A stretch of DNA of 63,913 nucleotides, counting the filler, from Octopus bimaculoides (taxonomy: Eukaryota), in assembly GCF_001194135.2 (NCBI RefSeq). It is 6 parts of 5 records of this genome, joined end to end, with 100 filler letters (N's around TTAATTAATTAA, not from the genome) between each part and the next. Parts side by side here need not be neighbours in the genome. Positions count along the whole stretch, not along the records: positions 1 to 30,455 come from NC_068981.1; 5 more parts are not named here. One strand, 5' to 3'. A program made the position numbers and the translations under genes. The notes beneath the pieces were generated by a model, which saw nothing but the letters and a program-made list of their open reading frames with translations, did no database searches and was not told the origin of the DNA. Below are positions 11,513 to 22,944 of this stretch, piece by piece. Each line of letters starts with the position of its first letter. Positions within the stretch are counted from its first letter, which is position 1.

Positions 11513-13553
11513 GGTGATGCAAAAAAGGAGTTAAAAATTCTTTTTTTCAATTTTCAGGGAGACACCCTCTTTTTGTATTCATATTCCTAAGAAAGCATTG
11601 TATGGGAAATTTGGTGTTGAAAAAGTGAAAATTAGAGGTTGCTACCAAGCTTTAAAAATAAATGTATATCAGTTTGTGCACAAAAATATTGTTCTGTTTA
11701 TATCTTCGCTGGAACTGGTTTGATAGGTAACTTAGTTTGAAACGATGACATTCTAGGCTATAGTAAGTAGTGTGGTACAGCATATAGCGCGTTAACTTTC
11801 TTTTTATGTGGAAGTTTCCCCAGTAGGCATATCATAACCACTTATGTAACTTTATTTTTGTTTTTTGTGAAGCAAAAATAATGTTTTCTTGTTTTTGTTT
11901 GAGAGTGACAACCTGTAACTTTTAACAATTTGAAAAAGGTATTGTTTCTGCTCTTCATCATTGATTATCAGTTTGTTGTATTCCTCCATCAGTCGTACAC
12001 CTCTTTCCGCAATGTCATTTACTACTTTGAGTCCATATGCAATATCCCTTGTATTCGCATAACTTTCATCCTCATTCCATTCTTCAGCATCTTTTTCAAG
12101 AAAAGTGCAAGGCACCTCTAGGATTTCAGAGAATCTTTTGTATTGGCAGTAACGAAATCCTGCAGTTGTTTCTGCTCGGTTTTGAGTCAACTGGTTTCTG
12201 CAGAGCATGCTTCATTTTGTTTTTTGTCTCATGCGAAACAGCTGAATCAAAAAGTGCAAGCGCTACAAGCTCCTCAGAGAGGTACCACAAATGTCTCAAA
12301 AACTTATTGAGTGCAGCACTTGTAATTTTGTCATCCTTGTAGAGCTGCAGACTTTGCACAAAATGCAAATCAGAACGTGGGGTGCATGAGGGTATGGATG
12401 TCAGGTACCACGATCTGATTTATATTGCAGCTGAAAAGCAGCAAACATCTCTCAGTCTTTTTCCATCTCTTTCAGTTAGTTTAAACTGAGATTTAAACAT
12501 CCAAATTTTAATGCAGTACATTAGCTTGGCCATCCATCGTGCTCTGTGATAAGCTCCGGATGCTTTAGAGCTGATTCCTGACTTAGGGGTACTACCGAGG
12601 AAAATGAGTGTTAGCTCGAGCAATTCCTTGTAGTCATCACGATGCTGCTGTTCATCGAGCTGCGCTTGAGAAAATCGAAAGATTTCTTCAGCATCTGCGA
12701 TTTTCTACTGTTAGGATCATCTGTTGCTATCTGGTAATTGTTCTTGTCAGTTTCCACCCACTTTGCTTTGAATCTCTTAAACAGTAGAAGATGGCAAAGC
12801 GAAAGAAACAGCAGCTTCTAACACTATTTCGAAAATATGATGTCGGCAATCCAGCCACAGCATATCTGTATCCAATCTTTGCTCTAGTAACACACAAGCA
12901 CCACTCTTAGAACCTGTGTTGGAGGCAGGGCTGTCAAAACACATGCCCTTCACTTGGTCAGATATATTCCACTCCAATACTAACTGATGGACAGCATCTG
13001 TAATGTTTTGACCAGTTCCTCTAGCAAGTTTGGGAATACCAAGAAGCTGATCAACTCCTTGGCCGGAAATTAGAACTGGCAGCCATTCAACATTTTCATG
13101 ACTAGTAATATCTTCTGTTAGTTTGCTGTCCCAATGCATTTCGAGAGGACAATTTTTTTCCAAAATCCTGCTTCAAACTTTCTACCATTGTCTTGCGGTT
13201 CTTTTGTCTTGCTCTTCGTAACGATGAATAACTAACACTGCCCAAGAACATTGACTGTTTGGATCTAGATTGCCGAAGCAGCTCTGTCACTTACTTTTGC
13301 AGCATCAAGAGATACAAGCACTGAAGAATCCACAAGCTTTGCACTCTTAGACTTTGATCTACTTTGTCTCGAAGTTGATGGCTGCTGAGGGTCAGCAACA
13401 AATTCTTCTTCTGATGTTGAACTATCTTGATTCTAACTTGAAGGACTTGAACTTGAGAGCACTACTGTTTCGAAAACGGCTGCTTCCTTCTTTCTTTTCT
13501 TTTCAAGCAATGTTTCCTTTTCTCTAGCAATCTCTTCCATTAGTGAAAAACCT
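11510..13553 (-). mobile_element. Decayed hAT-superfamily (hATm-like) DNA transposon, 5'-truncated
   Basis: Pieces MHWDSKL..LPVLISG..LLGIPKL..MCFDSPASNTG..GAC..WLDCRHHIFE (CxxH), HRARWMAK, HLWYLSEEL, VNDIAERGV; terminus TAGGGTG at 11510; hATm subgroup assignment from memory. Confidence 0.75.
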
Positions 13554-14658
13554 TTATCCCCTCCAGCCAGTTCGGTTTCTAGTATTCCCCCTTTTCACAA
13601 CCAAATGATAACATTTATCCTGACCAAACTCCAACCCTACATCTTTTGAGAATGTTGTAACTAGGTCAAGGCTCTTTTTCATCTCATGCATATTCTTTGC
13701 ATAAAGTTTCAAATAACCCACAAAGAAACAGTGTGTAATTTTGGTATTTCTGTTTCCTTGTGAACCAGTGAGATATCTTTCAGACTTCCTTAACATGAAT
13801 GACAAGGGGTTTANNNNNNNNNNACCAGTGAGATATCTTTCAGACTTCCTTAACATGAATGACAAGGGGTTTACAGAAAGTATAAACAACATCACAGAGA
13901 GGCTGTCTCCTTGGAATATACCTCTGCGATACCGTATTCTATCAGTGATAATACAGGCACTCTTTGTGTTTAATTTCAAGATGGTGGCCCACGATGAAGT
14001 CAGGTCGGCTATGGCTTTGACTATTCTCACTGGAACTTTAGCAAGTTGAAGGGCTTCTAGCATCCATGAGTGGGGAACAGAGTCAAAGGCTTTCTTGTTG
14101 TCTAGCCACATTGAAACTAGGTTCCTCCTATGCTCTCGCACCTCTGACATCACAGTTTTGTTGATTAACAATTGCTCAGCACATCCCCAGACTCCCTTCT
14201 TCCCAGCTGCTTGTTCTGCTGTGATAATGTTAATGGTTTCATAATGGTCCTGGAGGAAAAGGTTTAAAGATGCTGTATATATGTTACACATTAAGTTCTG
14301 GCATGGCCGGTAGTTTTTTGCCATGTGGAAGTTTCTGCATTTGGGGTTCAATTTTGTCTCTGCCAGAGCTAAGCAGTGTGGTATGCTACTGTTCTCAATG
14401 AGAGCTTGCTGGTACAGATTGATAAGATATGGTCGGTAGAATGTTAGCTTCTTGTACCAATATCCAATAATCAAGTCTCTTCCAGTTGCTTTTCCATTCT
14501 GGAGTTTCTGGATCACAGTTGCAAGAGTTTCACCATCAACGTTGTATACCCTGGATGTAACGCAGGAGGAACAACTATTTCGGATTTCTTCCTGCTACAC
14601 AGCATCTTGGTTAAACTCTTTCTATTCACTCCTGTTTTTTACTCGAGAAGGAGGATGT
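13554..14658 (-). mobile_element. Second, divergent R4/Dong-type RT fragment
   Basis: ORF 13554-14516: KATGRD..GYWYKK, EQAAGKKGVWGCAEQLLINK, WLDNKKAFDSVPHSW, RGIFQGDSLS, LKLYAK. Confidence 0.9.
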
Positions 14659-14751
14659 NNNNNNNNNNNNNNNNNNNNNNNNNNNNNNNNNNNNNNNNNN
14701 NNNNNNNNNNNNNNNNNNNNNNNNNNNNNNNNNNNNNNNNNNNNNNNNNNN

Positions 14752-15973
14752 CCAAGAAATATATACACATTAAAACAGCAGATAACTCAATTGATGTTTT
14801 TTCTTTCTCGATTAAACCAATTGGAATTAATGATGGCAGTCAGACTAAGCTTTGAACACATGAAATTCAATGCTACTGGAAGTGTGAAAACGCAGTTGAA
14901 GTGCAATGACAGTCTTGGAGGGATTTTCAAACAGATCCACCATCACTCGAATTAGAGATAAGTTTGAAGCCGATGGAACTGTTCAGAATGTCCACGAGAA
15001 GCATTCCGGGAGACCAAGAACATCGACAACCCCAACAAAGCAAGAAGGGACGCTGGAAATGTATCACCAAAGTCCAAGAAAATCTGTGCGACAAGCGAGT
15101 CGTGAGGTAATTATTTCAAAATCGTCTAACACATTTTGAAGCGTTATCAATGGAAAAGTTACGTTCCAAGATTAGTCCATGCTATTAATGACGATGATTC
15201 AGACCGAAGAGTGCAGTATTGCGAGTGGTACTTGGCACGATGTGTATAAGATGCACACTTTCCAATGTGGAGTGATGAGGCCACATTCAAATTAAATGGT
15301 TCAGTTAACCGTCACAATTTCACCTACTGGGGACCTAAGAATCCACGTGTTAGGTGGGACATCATGTAAATTTACCAGAAGTTACAGTATGGTGTGGATT
15401 ATCATCAAAATGATTAATTGGACCATTCTTTTTTGACGCTACTGTGACTGGTCCCGTTTATTTGAACTTGCTGCAACAGTCTGTCATGCCAAACATTAGA
15501 GAAGACCTTGAAGATGAGGAGTTTTATTATCAGCAAGATGGGGCACCCCACATTACCATCGCGATGTTAGATCCTTCCTTGATGAGATCTTGCCAAACTA
15601 GTGGATTGGACTAAGGGATTTCGTTGAATACTCTCTGCGTTCACCAGACCTCACACCACTAGACTGTTTTTATGGGAATACCTAAAAGACAAAGTCTACG
15701 CTATGAAACCTGCAACAGTCACTGATTTGAGAGCAGCCATTGAAGGAGAATGGACACAAATACCAAACAAATTGTTTCGTGATGTTTGCGATTCCATTGC
15801 TTCGCGTTGTCAGCAGTGTTTGAACCAGAACGGGCGTCAGTTTGAAAACAGGCGTTTACAAAACAATAAAATAATATCTGTAGAGTCTATTAAAATTTGA
15901 AAATCAAATGTATTTCAATAAACACCTACTATACAATAATTTAAAGTGTGTATACATTTTTTGGGACACCCTG
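14752..15973 (+). mobile_element. Tc1/mariner DD41D (rosa/Visitor-type) transposon, pseudogenised
   Basis: TITRIRDKFEADGTV..SGRPRT HTH; [11 protein letters not shown]; QQDGA(P)PHY...41 residues...RSPDLTPLD (after correcting a 1-nt deletion); 3' TIR ttttgggacaccctg followed by TA. Confidence 0.88.
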
Positions 15974-16109
15974 TATATATCACTGATGCGTAAGTACTAT
16001 AACTGGTCATCATTTAGGTTCCAAGCTCACATCTGAGGCTGGAGCTAGGGATCCGTAGTAGGGTTCCGAGTCAGCTGGTATATATTAGAAGAAATGGAAA
16101 ACAAAACCA

Positions 16110-16350
16110 AAGCAGGATGAGTATCTCAGGTCATTTATAATATTTAATTAGATTAAGGTGAATCAAAAATGGAGAAATAGAAATAATTAATGTCTTACAG
16201 CTGTTTCTGGGATATCACAAGTGAAGGGTCAATATGTCCATACACTGGATATACCGTTATCAGAGACAAGGTGTATATGCAGGAAAGTTCTAGACAGAGA
16301 ATTCACAGAATATAAAAGAATTCACTGACCTGAGATACTCGTCCTGCCTT
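16110..16350 (-). repeat. HHR-bearing repeat bounded by ~24-bp inverted repeats
   Basis: aagcaggatgagtatctcaggtca (16110-16133) vs tgacctgagatactcgtcctgcctt (16326-16350). Confidence 0.7.
16192..16267 (-). ncRNA. Minimal type I hammerhead motif with long stem II (core G8 to A)
   Basis: GTCT-CTGATAA-CGGTATATCC...GATATCCCA-GAAA-CAGCTG-TA-AGAC; stem I GTCT/AGAC, palindrome ACAGCTGT. Confidence 0.75.
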
Positions 16351-17752
16351 AGATTTGTTTTTCTTTTCCTTTAATGTGTATGTGTGTATACAAACATATG
16401 TATGTATATACATGATATATATTCATATATGTACACATATATATCAGAGGCGACTTCAGGTCATCAGCGTCACTCGAGCTTATCACAGATTTCGCATAAG
16501 ACACATATAAAAGAAGGTAAGAGACGTAATGCACACCGCAGACTTATATGTGCACTTATAATTTAACAATGAGACATAAATATAGTTTTAATATGTCTTT
16601 CTCCATTTCCAAGTTAAGGGGGGAAAATAAAGCAACCCTGCAAAACACAACAAAACAGAACAACAGCAATCAAATAACTACAGTGGAGTGCACAACAAAC
16701 ATCGGTGATCTGATTGTCGCCTGTACTCTTGACAAGAGAGCCAGTTAGTATTTTACACCCACCAGGCTCGTTCGTATTAGCCCGAGTTGCTGGATAATTT
16801 TACGTTCCTTTAAAAATATTGTAGAATGGAAACTTTTCATAGACTGAAATTTAAATCCTAATCTCTAGAGAAATTTATAGCTTTAATAAAACATTGAATT
16901 TGAGTTACTTTTAATTTTTACAATTACAGATAACAACTCGGGCTGTAACTTCTGAGTCCGATTCAGGCGCGTGTGAACGATGTCGAGAGAATATCTGCTA
17001 TGAATGATATTTTTTGATACAGGGCAACTCTAAGACGACTGCCTGACGCTGAACGAAAATAAATGAACTGCGACCAGGCTCAATAAAAGGAACCCCAGTT
17101 ATTGCCTGAAATTACATGCTTGAAGTCGGTGTGGACAGAAATTAAATCAGCGTTCAAATATACGTTCACTTTACTAAATTTATATTCCGAGTGTCGGAGT
17201 CGCCACTGATACATATTATGATTCCTGTCATATAATTCATTAGAATATGCGCGAAAACAGATTCTCACTGTATCTAACAAATATTTACAGCCGTAGCTCA
17301 AATCTCCTTTATTTCTATCGCAAGTTTTCTTATTGAAATTGTCGTGCACGTTAGTGTAGCGAATTCTATACCTTAAAGCGTTTTTGTATGAAATTTACAT
17401 TATTCCGAATTTGTTTACAACAAGCTTTTCAAATCAGTGGGGGAGGTTTCGTAAAAGTTCAAAACGAGGGGGCGCAAGTGAATTTTGTTTGTTTCATATT
17501 CTAGCATTAGGGTCATTATTTGCTGGTTATTACAATTTTTCCTGTAAAAGAATAGACTTTGAATTGTACATTTCCACAAATCCAAAATTTAATAATAACC
17601 GTGTCGAAAAATTCCGCTATATTAAAATAGTAACACAATGTTTCATAAGTTGATTTAAATTCCACGTAATTGTGCAGAAAAGCTAAATCGGTTTCTTCCC
17701 TCCGAATGATTTCAGATTAACCTATTTTTTACTAAAATATTTACATTCAGAC

Positions 17753-17856
17753 AGGCGGCGAGCTGGCAGAACCGTTAGCACACCGGGAAAAATGCTTAGC
17801 GGCATTTCATCTGTTTTTATGTTCTGAGCTCAAATTCCACCGTGGTCGACTTTGCC
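17753..17856 (+). mobile_element. SINE family A, 5' half
   Basis: ggcggcgagctggcagaaccgttagc...gagctcaaattccaccgtggtcgactttgcc. Confidence 0.85.
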
Positions 17857-18813
17857 ACGGGAGTTAGGTCCTTGGATCAAGCGGAGACCCAGACTGGGTG
17901 ATTGGCAGCCAGAGTCGACTACCTTCCCGGGCAGGCAATACCGCGGCAGCTGGAGTTCAACCGCGGACTTCTATAGAGGGTTAGTAGAGTTCATGTCAGA
18001 GGATGCCCTGAAGGAGACTCTGGGCTTCGACAGAAATCAGTTAACCAACCAGTTCGAAAAAACTTTCGGGTCGGGGTATCTGGATAATTACCAGAAATCC
18101 CCGACCTGGTTGTGTTACCGATCAGCCTTACCTGTTCGAGAGAAGTTGTCAAGGCACAGTTGTGCCATCCGACCGACCTGTTTGAGGAGCAGGTGGAACA
18201 GTGAAACTGCCCTGCACGCCTTCGTACAGAGTGCAGAAATTAGGGAATTGATAACTTATATCGAACAGCTGTTATCAACGACAGAAAGAGTACAGCTATC
18301 AGCTGAATCTATTATTAAGATTGTTCTGCCCTCCTCCCTGAACAGGGAGAGGAGGGCTTGTATTCTCTGCGTAGTGGCCATACTGAAAGAGACAGTATGG
18401 AGAACACGTGTGAAAGGGATCGCGGCAGGTACTCTCATCTCCGGTCGGGGGCTGGTTAGTTATTTCAACTACCATCTCCAAAGTGAAATCCGGCTGGAGA
18501 AGAGATACCTGTTGCATAGCACGTTTAATAAAAGATGGGCGATGGTCGTAAGAAAGTTGCGAGTGAATGGAAATGGCTAAGTGTAGCCATCCAGCGACAA
18601 AAGGATACGTCGGATAACGGTGGTTGGTTAACCCGGTGATGTATATACAAAATAAGAAGTTTTAATTTTTAACGATTTCTGTAAAAACTTTAAATACCCA
18701 TCCGATTTTATTATATTTGTCATTTTCATTGTAATCACACTGTGCATATTCATTTGTCTGTCCTTGTAATGTTTCCTCTGTGTTGGACCCTGTGTGGCCA
18801 ATAAAAGAAATCA
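17857..18813 (+). mobile_element. 5'-truncated L1/Tx1-type LINE (ORF2 C-terminus + 3' UTR)
   Basis: ORF 17852-18580 LPVREKL..PTC..ETALHAFVQ..YIEQLLS..RVQLSAESII, homologous to 26300-26934; ends ccaataaaagaaat. Confidence 0.85.
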
Positions 18814-19502
18814 AGCGTTTAGCAATAGTGGGGTTATAAGCATGGACATTTGAAGATGGTGTTAGTTTGCAGATGAATTTCCAACTAAAGATTCAAGTTG
18901 GTCTGGCTGATTCCATTTTTTTTATCCAAAAAGATGTAGTATATAAAGCAGTGTTTACATCTGCCTATTACATACAGTGTTAAATACAGAATATCATTGT
19001 TATATTGTAACATTTTAAAATTAAAATGTTACAGTATTAATTTTAGTTTTATTTCAGGAATAAGATTAAAGTATCTAATTAATTATTGTTTGTTACTAAC
19101 AAGGAAATGAAAGGTATTTTTCAGTTTTTTCAGTTATTCTCGATTCGTGGGTTACTGTGACAAAATTTTATAATGAAATTGATGCTGCGTATACACATGA
19201 TGGGTGCACAAAGGCTTATGTGGATACTGCATAGACAAAGATTTGAAATACTGGAATCGCGCACCTCATACAGTATAATGAGTTTCAGGTAAAATTTATT
19301 TACATAAATCAGCAAGTGTCTACCAGATCACTTGATAGACACTGTAAGCTGTTTGGATTTCAGAAAATGGTGTCAAAAACTAACGTCTAAATTTTAACTG
19401 TCTCCTTTCTGACTGATAGAGTAAGTATAATCTGCTAGTGGCCGATTTGTTTAATGGAGAGATACATGCGTAACATGTACAATTCATTAGAATATCGACA
19501 CA

Positions 19503-19507
<5 letters not shown>

Positions 19508-19570
<63 letters not shown>
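19508..19570. repeat. (GT)n microsatellite
   Basis: Direct reading. Confidence 0.95.
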
Positions 19571-19574
<4 letters not shown>

Positions 19575-19889
19575 CGCACACACGCACACACATATATATG
19601 ATTATTTGACCTTTTCTCTTGGACATTACAAAATTAGTTTAAACTTTCTATAATGCTTTATAATAAATGCATCATATCTAATGGAATGAAAACTACTTAT
19701 ATTCATTTATAACGCCACCAATACCATAGTTCATGAAATCCCTCATGACAATCAAGTTTCGTTCATTTGGATTGCAATATGTATGTTAGTTGCTTGCATT
19801 AAGTGAATTTGTAGATTGAAATGAAAAGTAGAATTTACAGCGTTTGGTTCTTCTAATTAAATGTTTTCAAATAAGTGGGTTTATGAAAA

Positions 19890-20169
19890 TAGAAATAATA
19901 TATTTCTAAATCTCTCAGCGAGATTTATGCAGTAGCAGCACAATAAAGTGATAGTATGTTGTCAACTTAACGTGACAGTCCCATGAAAGGGAAGAATGCT
20001 ACTGTTATTTAGCCCTAGGAAACACCGTTTCCTGTTGGACTTGACACATTTCCTGTGTCCTTATGTTTTCAAAGTGGAGATAAGCACCTCCACCCAACAA
20101 AGCCAGCATCCAGAGACTAGTTCCAGAGTCAGGGCTCATCATCAGTCTGGAGTAGCATGGCCTGCTAGC
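19890..20169 (-). repeat. HHR module, copy A (PLE pseudo-LTR-like)
   Basis: Highly similar to 21031-21284 and partly to 42772-43070. Confidence 0.8.
20110..20150 (-). ncRNA. Minimal type I hammerhead motif (GAAA to GGAA)
   Basis: CCAGA-CTGATGA-TGAG[CCCTGA]CTCT-GGAA-CTAG-TC-TCTGG. Confidence 0.7.
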
Positions 20170-21030
20170 TTTATTCTTTACTATGAGCATATAACTATTA
20201 TAAAGAAGGGACGAACAAAGAGAGACAACACAATACAATGGGGTACATAAAACAAAAATCGAATGAATATGAATATAGTGATATAATGGAAAAAATGAAA
20301 TGTCTTACTTGCGCCCAACACGCAAGCAGTGTCATTTAACTATTTATGCAATACATGTTTGTGAACAGTTTATTGCTCTTTTTTTTTTTAAACACATCTT
20401 AATTTTGCAAATTTTACTTACTTTTTATTCGATCAACAAGGTATTGCACGTCTTCGAATGGCACTACTGGCGGCAGCTCGTCACATCGAAACCACAGCTC
20501 CGATAATTCAATCCATTCACCGAACAATTCTTTCAATTTATCCGCACTCTCTCTCTCTCTCCAGCAAAACAGCCCTGTCGACCTCTGTATATTCACTTCC
20601 TGTTATCTTAACTCTAATAACATTTTTCATCTTCGTAATCCTCTTCTCTATCTCTATACTCTTCTTGTATTCCACCATCCTCCTCATATTTCCTCTTTTC
20701 GCCACCTCTTTCCACTTTCCATCTCCACTCTCTCCCGATGTTCCTGGTACTTGTGTGCACATCTTACTCCCGCTCCTCGTTATTGTTTCCTTTCCTTTCT
20801 GCGTTCTTTCTTTTTCGTTTGTTCTCTCTTCTGCAATTTTCGTTTTTGCTCCTTCTGCACATTCTATCCGCATCTCCTCCAAATTGCCTTTTCTCTTTTT
20901 TTTTGCGGGCTTTTTAGAGGCGATTATGCATTTCTCCATTTTTTCTTTCTCTTTCCGACTGGGTATTTCCCTTCTACTGTTTCCATTACTTCCTTTACCA
21001 GGCCTTGCGCCACCACACCTTGCTCCACCT
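20170..21030 (-). mobile_element. ORF1-like element, 5'-truncated copy A (ORF C-terminus + 3' UTR with AATAAA)
   Basis: KMKNVIRVKITG..AVLLERE..LKELFGE..RCDELPPVVPF shared with copy B; no RT. Confidence 0.7.
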
Positions 21031-21284
21031 TGCAGTAGCAGCACGATAAAGTGATAGTATGTTGTCAACTTAATGTGATAGTCCCATAAAAGGGAAGAAT
21101 GCTACTGTTATTTAGCCCTAGGAAACACCGTTTCCTGTTGGACTTGACACATTTTGTGTCCTTATGTTTTCAAAGTGGAGATAAGCACCTCCACCCAAAA
21201 AGCCAGCATCCAGAGACTAGTTTCAGAGTCATTGCTCATCATCAGTCTGGAGTAGCATGCTAGCTACTCCAGACTGATGCTAGC
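21031..21284 (-). repeat. HHR module, copy B
   Basis: Starts tgcagtagcagcac as at 19928; extra local hairpin tcagtctggagtagc..gctactccagactga. Confidence 0.8.
21210..21250 (-). ncRNA. Minimal type I hammerhead ribozyme, intact core
   Basis: CCAGA-CTGATGA-TGAG[CAATGA]CTCT-GAAA-CTAG-TC-TCTGG; 5-bp stem I, palindrome ACTAGT, GUC site; U-U at the base of stem II. Confidence 0.8.
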
Positions 21285-22900
21285 TTTATTCTTTATTACG
21301 AGCACATTGGCTCTTACAAAGAAGGGACGAACAAAGACAGACAACACAATACAGTGGGGTACAAAAAACATAAATCGAATGAAATTATGAATATAATGAT
21401 ATAATGAAAAATGGAATGTCTTACCTGCGCCTCACACGCTGATAGTGTCATTTAACTGTTTATGTAACACATTCACAGTTCATTATTCTTTACAACCTTT
21501 TTTTTTTAAGCATTATTTTAAGATTTACAAATTTCACTTACTTTCAATTTACTATGTCGTCAAATGGCACCACTGGTGGTAGTTCATCGCATCGAACCAG
21601 CAACTCCATTATTACAATTTGTTCACCAAATAATTCTTTTAATCTTTCTTCTTTCTCTCTCTCTAGCAAAACTGCCTTGTCGTCTTCGGTATCCTCATTC
21701 CCCGATAATTTTACTCTGATTACGTTTTTCATTTTAGTGATCCATATCTCTATTTCTACACTCTTTCTATACTCTATCATTGTCTTCACATTTTTTCCTT
21801 TCGGTACTCCTTCCCCTTTTCCGTCTCTATTCTCTCCTCATGTTCCTGGTTTTTGGGTCTCAACCATCTCTATCTCTCTCTTACCCTTTATTGTTGCTTC
21901 CTTTCTTTTCTGCATACTTGTTTTTTCTTCTGTAATTTTCTTTTTTGTTATTTCTGTTCTTTCAATTTGTATCTCCTCTCTGTTGCCTTTTCTCTTTTNN
22001 NNNNNNNNGTAATTTTCTTTTTTGTTATTTCTGTTCTTTCAATTTGTATCTCCTCTCTGTTGCCTTTTCTCTTTTTTTTTTGCGGGCTTTTTGGTGGTGA
22101 ATATGCATTTTCATCTTATTCCAACTGAGTATTTTCCTTCTACGTTTTCCATCCCTTCACTTACTTGGCTTTGTGCTACCACTCCTTGTTCCACCTCCTC
22201 CTCCTCCTGCTCCCGTTCTACTTCTTTTTTCTGAGGACACCTTGCTTTCATGTGTCCCCGTACTCCACATTGGGAGCATATGGGAGGTCTTCCCTCCACT
22301 ACCACTCTTAGTTTAACATCCTCTGGCAGCATAATTTCATCTGCAATTTTATGCAAGTTCGGTAAATTGATTTGGACCGTCACCTCGAGGCCATACCCAA
22401 ACCAGTTTACCTCTGTTGTCCTCGTGACCTTCAGCACATTGGTCTCCACCTCCGTGTTGAAGAGGATGACTGCCACCAGCCACGCTTCATCGATTTCTGG
22501 GGGCACTCTGCCAATCCTAACTCTGGCCGCACGTTTGGCAGTAGGTTGGCAGTAGTGCCCACTGTTCCGACCTCAATGGCACCGTGGAGCACTTTATTGC
22601 GTCTTGTTCGGTCGCAAACCGTACCTCCACTGTGCCGTACTTCCTTTTTCATTTCCACCTTACAAAAAAAGAAAACACGTTTTAAACACTTGTTCATTCA
22701 ATAGTTGCAAGATTTACTTATTTTTCCTTTTTTTTTTTTTTCCAATAAAAAGTTCAACTAAATGTTTTTCTCAGTCTTTACAAAGAATAACCACGTGTGG
22801 TGAGTTCCTCGTTCGTTGTGAAAATTGTTATTTCTTATTGTTAATATTGTTAATAACTGCTGCTTCTTGTTAAATTGTTGTATTTGTTAATAACTGTTGA
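21285..22900 (-). mobile_element. ORF1-only L1/Tx1-like element with CCHC zinc knuckle, copy B
   Basis: ORF 22111-22506 contains CSQCGVRGHMKARC (CX2CX4HX4C); C-terminus LPPVVPFDDIVN* at ~21544 followed directly by 3' UTR, no ORF2. Confidence 0.75.
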
Positions 22901-22944
22901 AGTTTTCATTGGAAAACACTAAGTACTTGTAGAAAGCACGCATT

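Noticed and set aside
13754-13873. Direct duplication around a 10-N gap (also 21950-22080)
   Set aside because: Unmerged contig overlap artefact
17080-17349. 89-aa minus-strand ORF in non-repeat DNA
   Set aside because: No recognisable motif or convincing splice sites
19134-19288. Exon-like segment with good acceptor and donor
   Set aside because: Stops in all three frames; could only be non-coding
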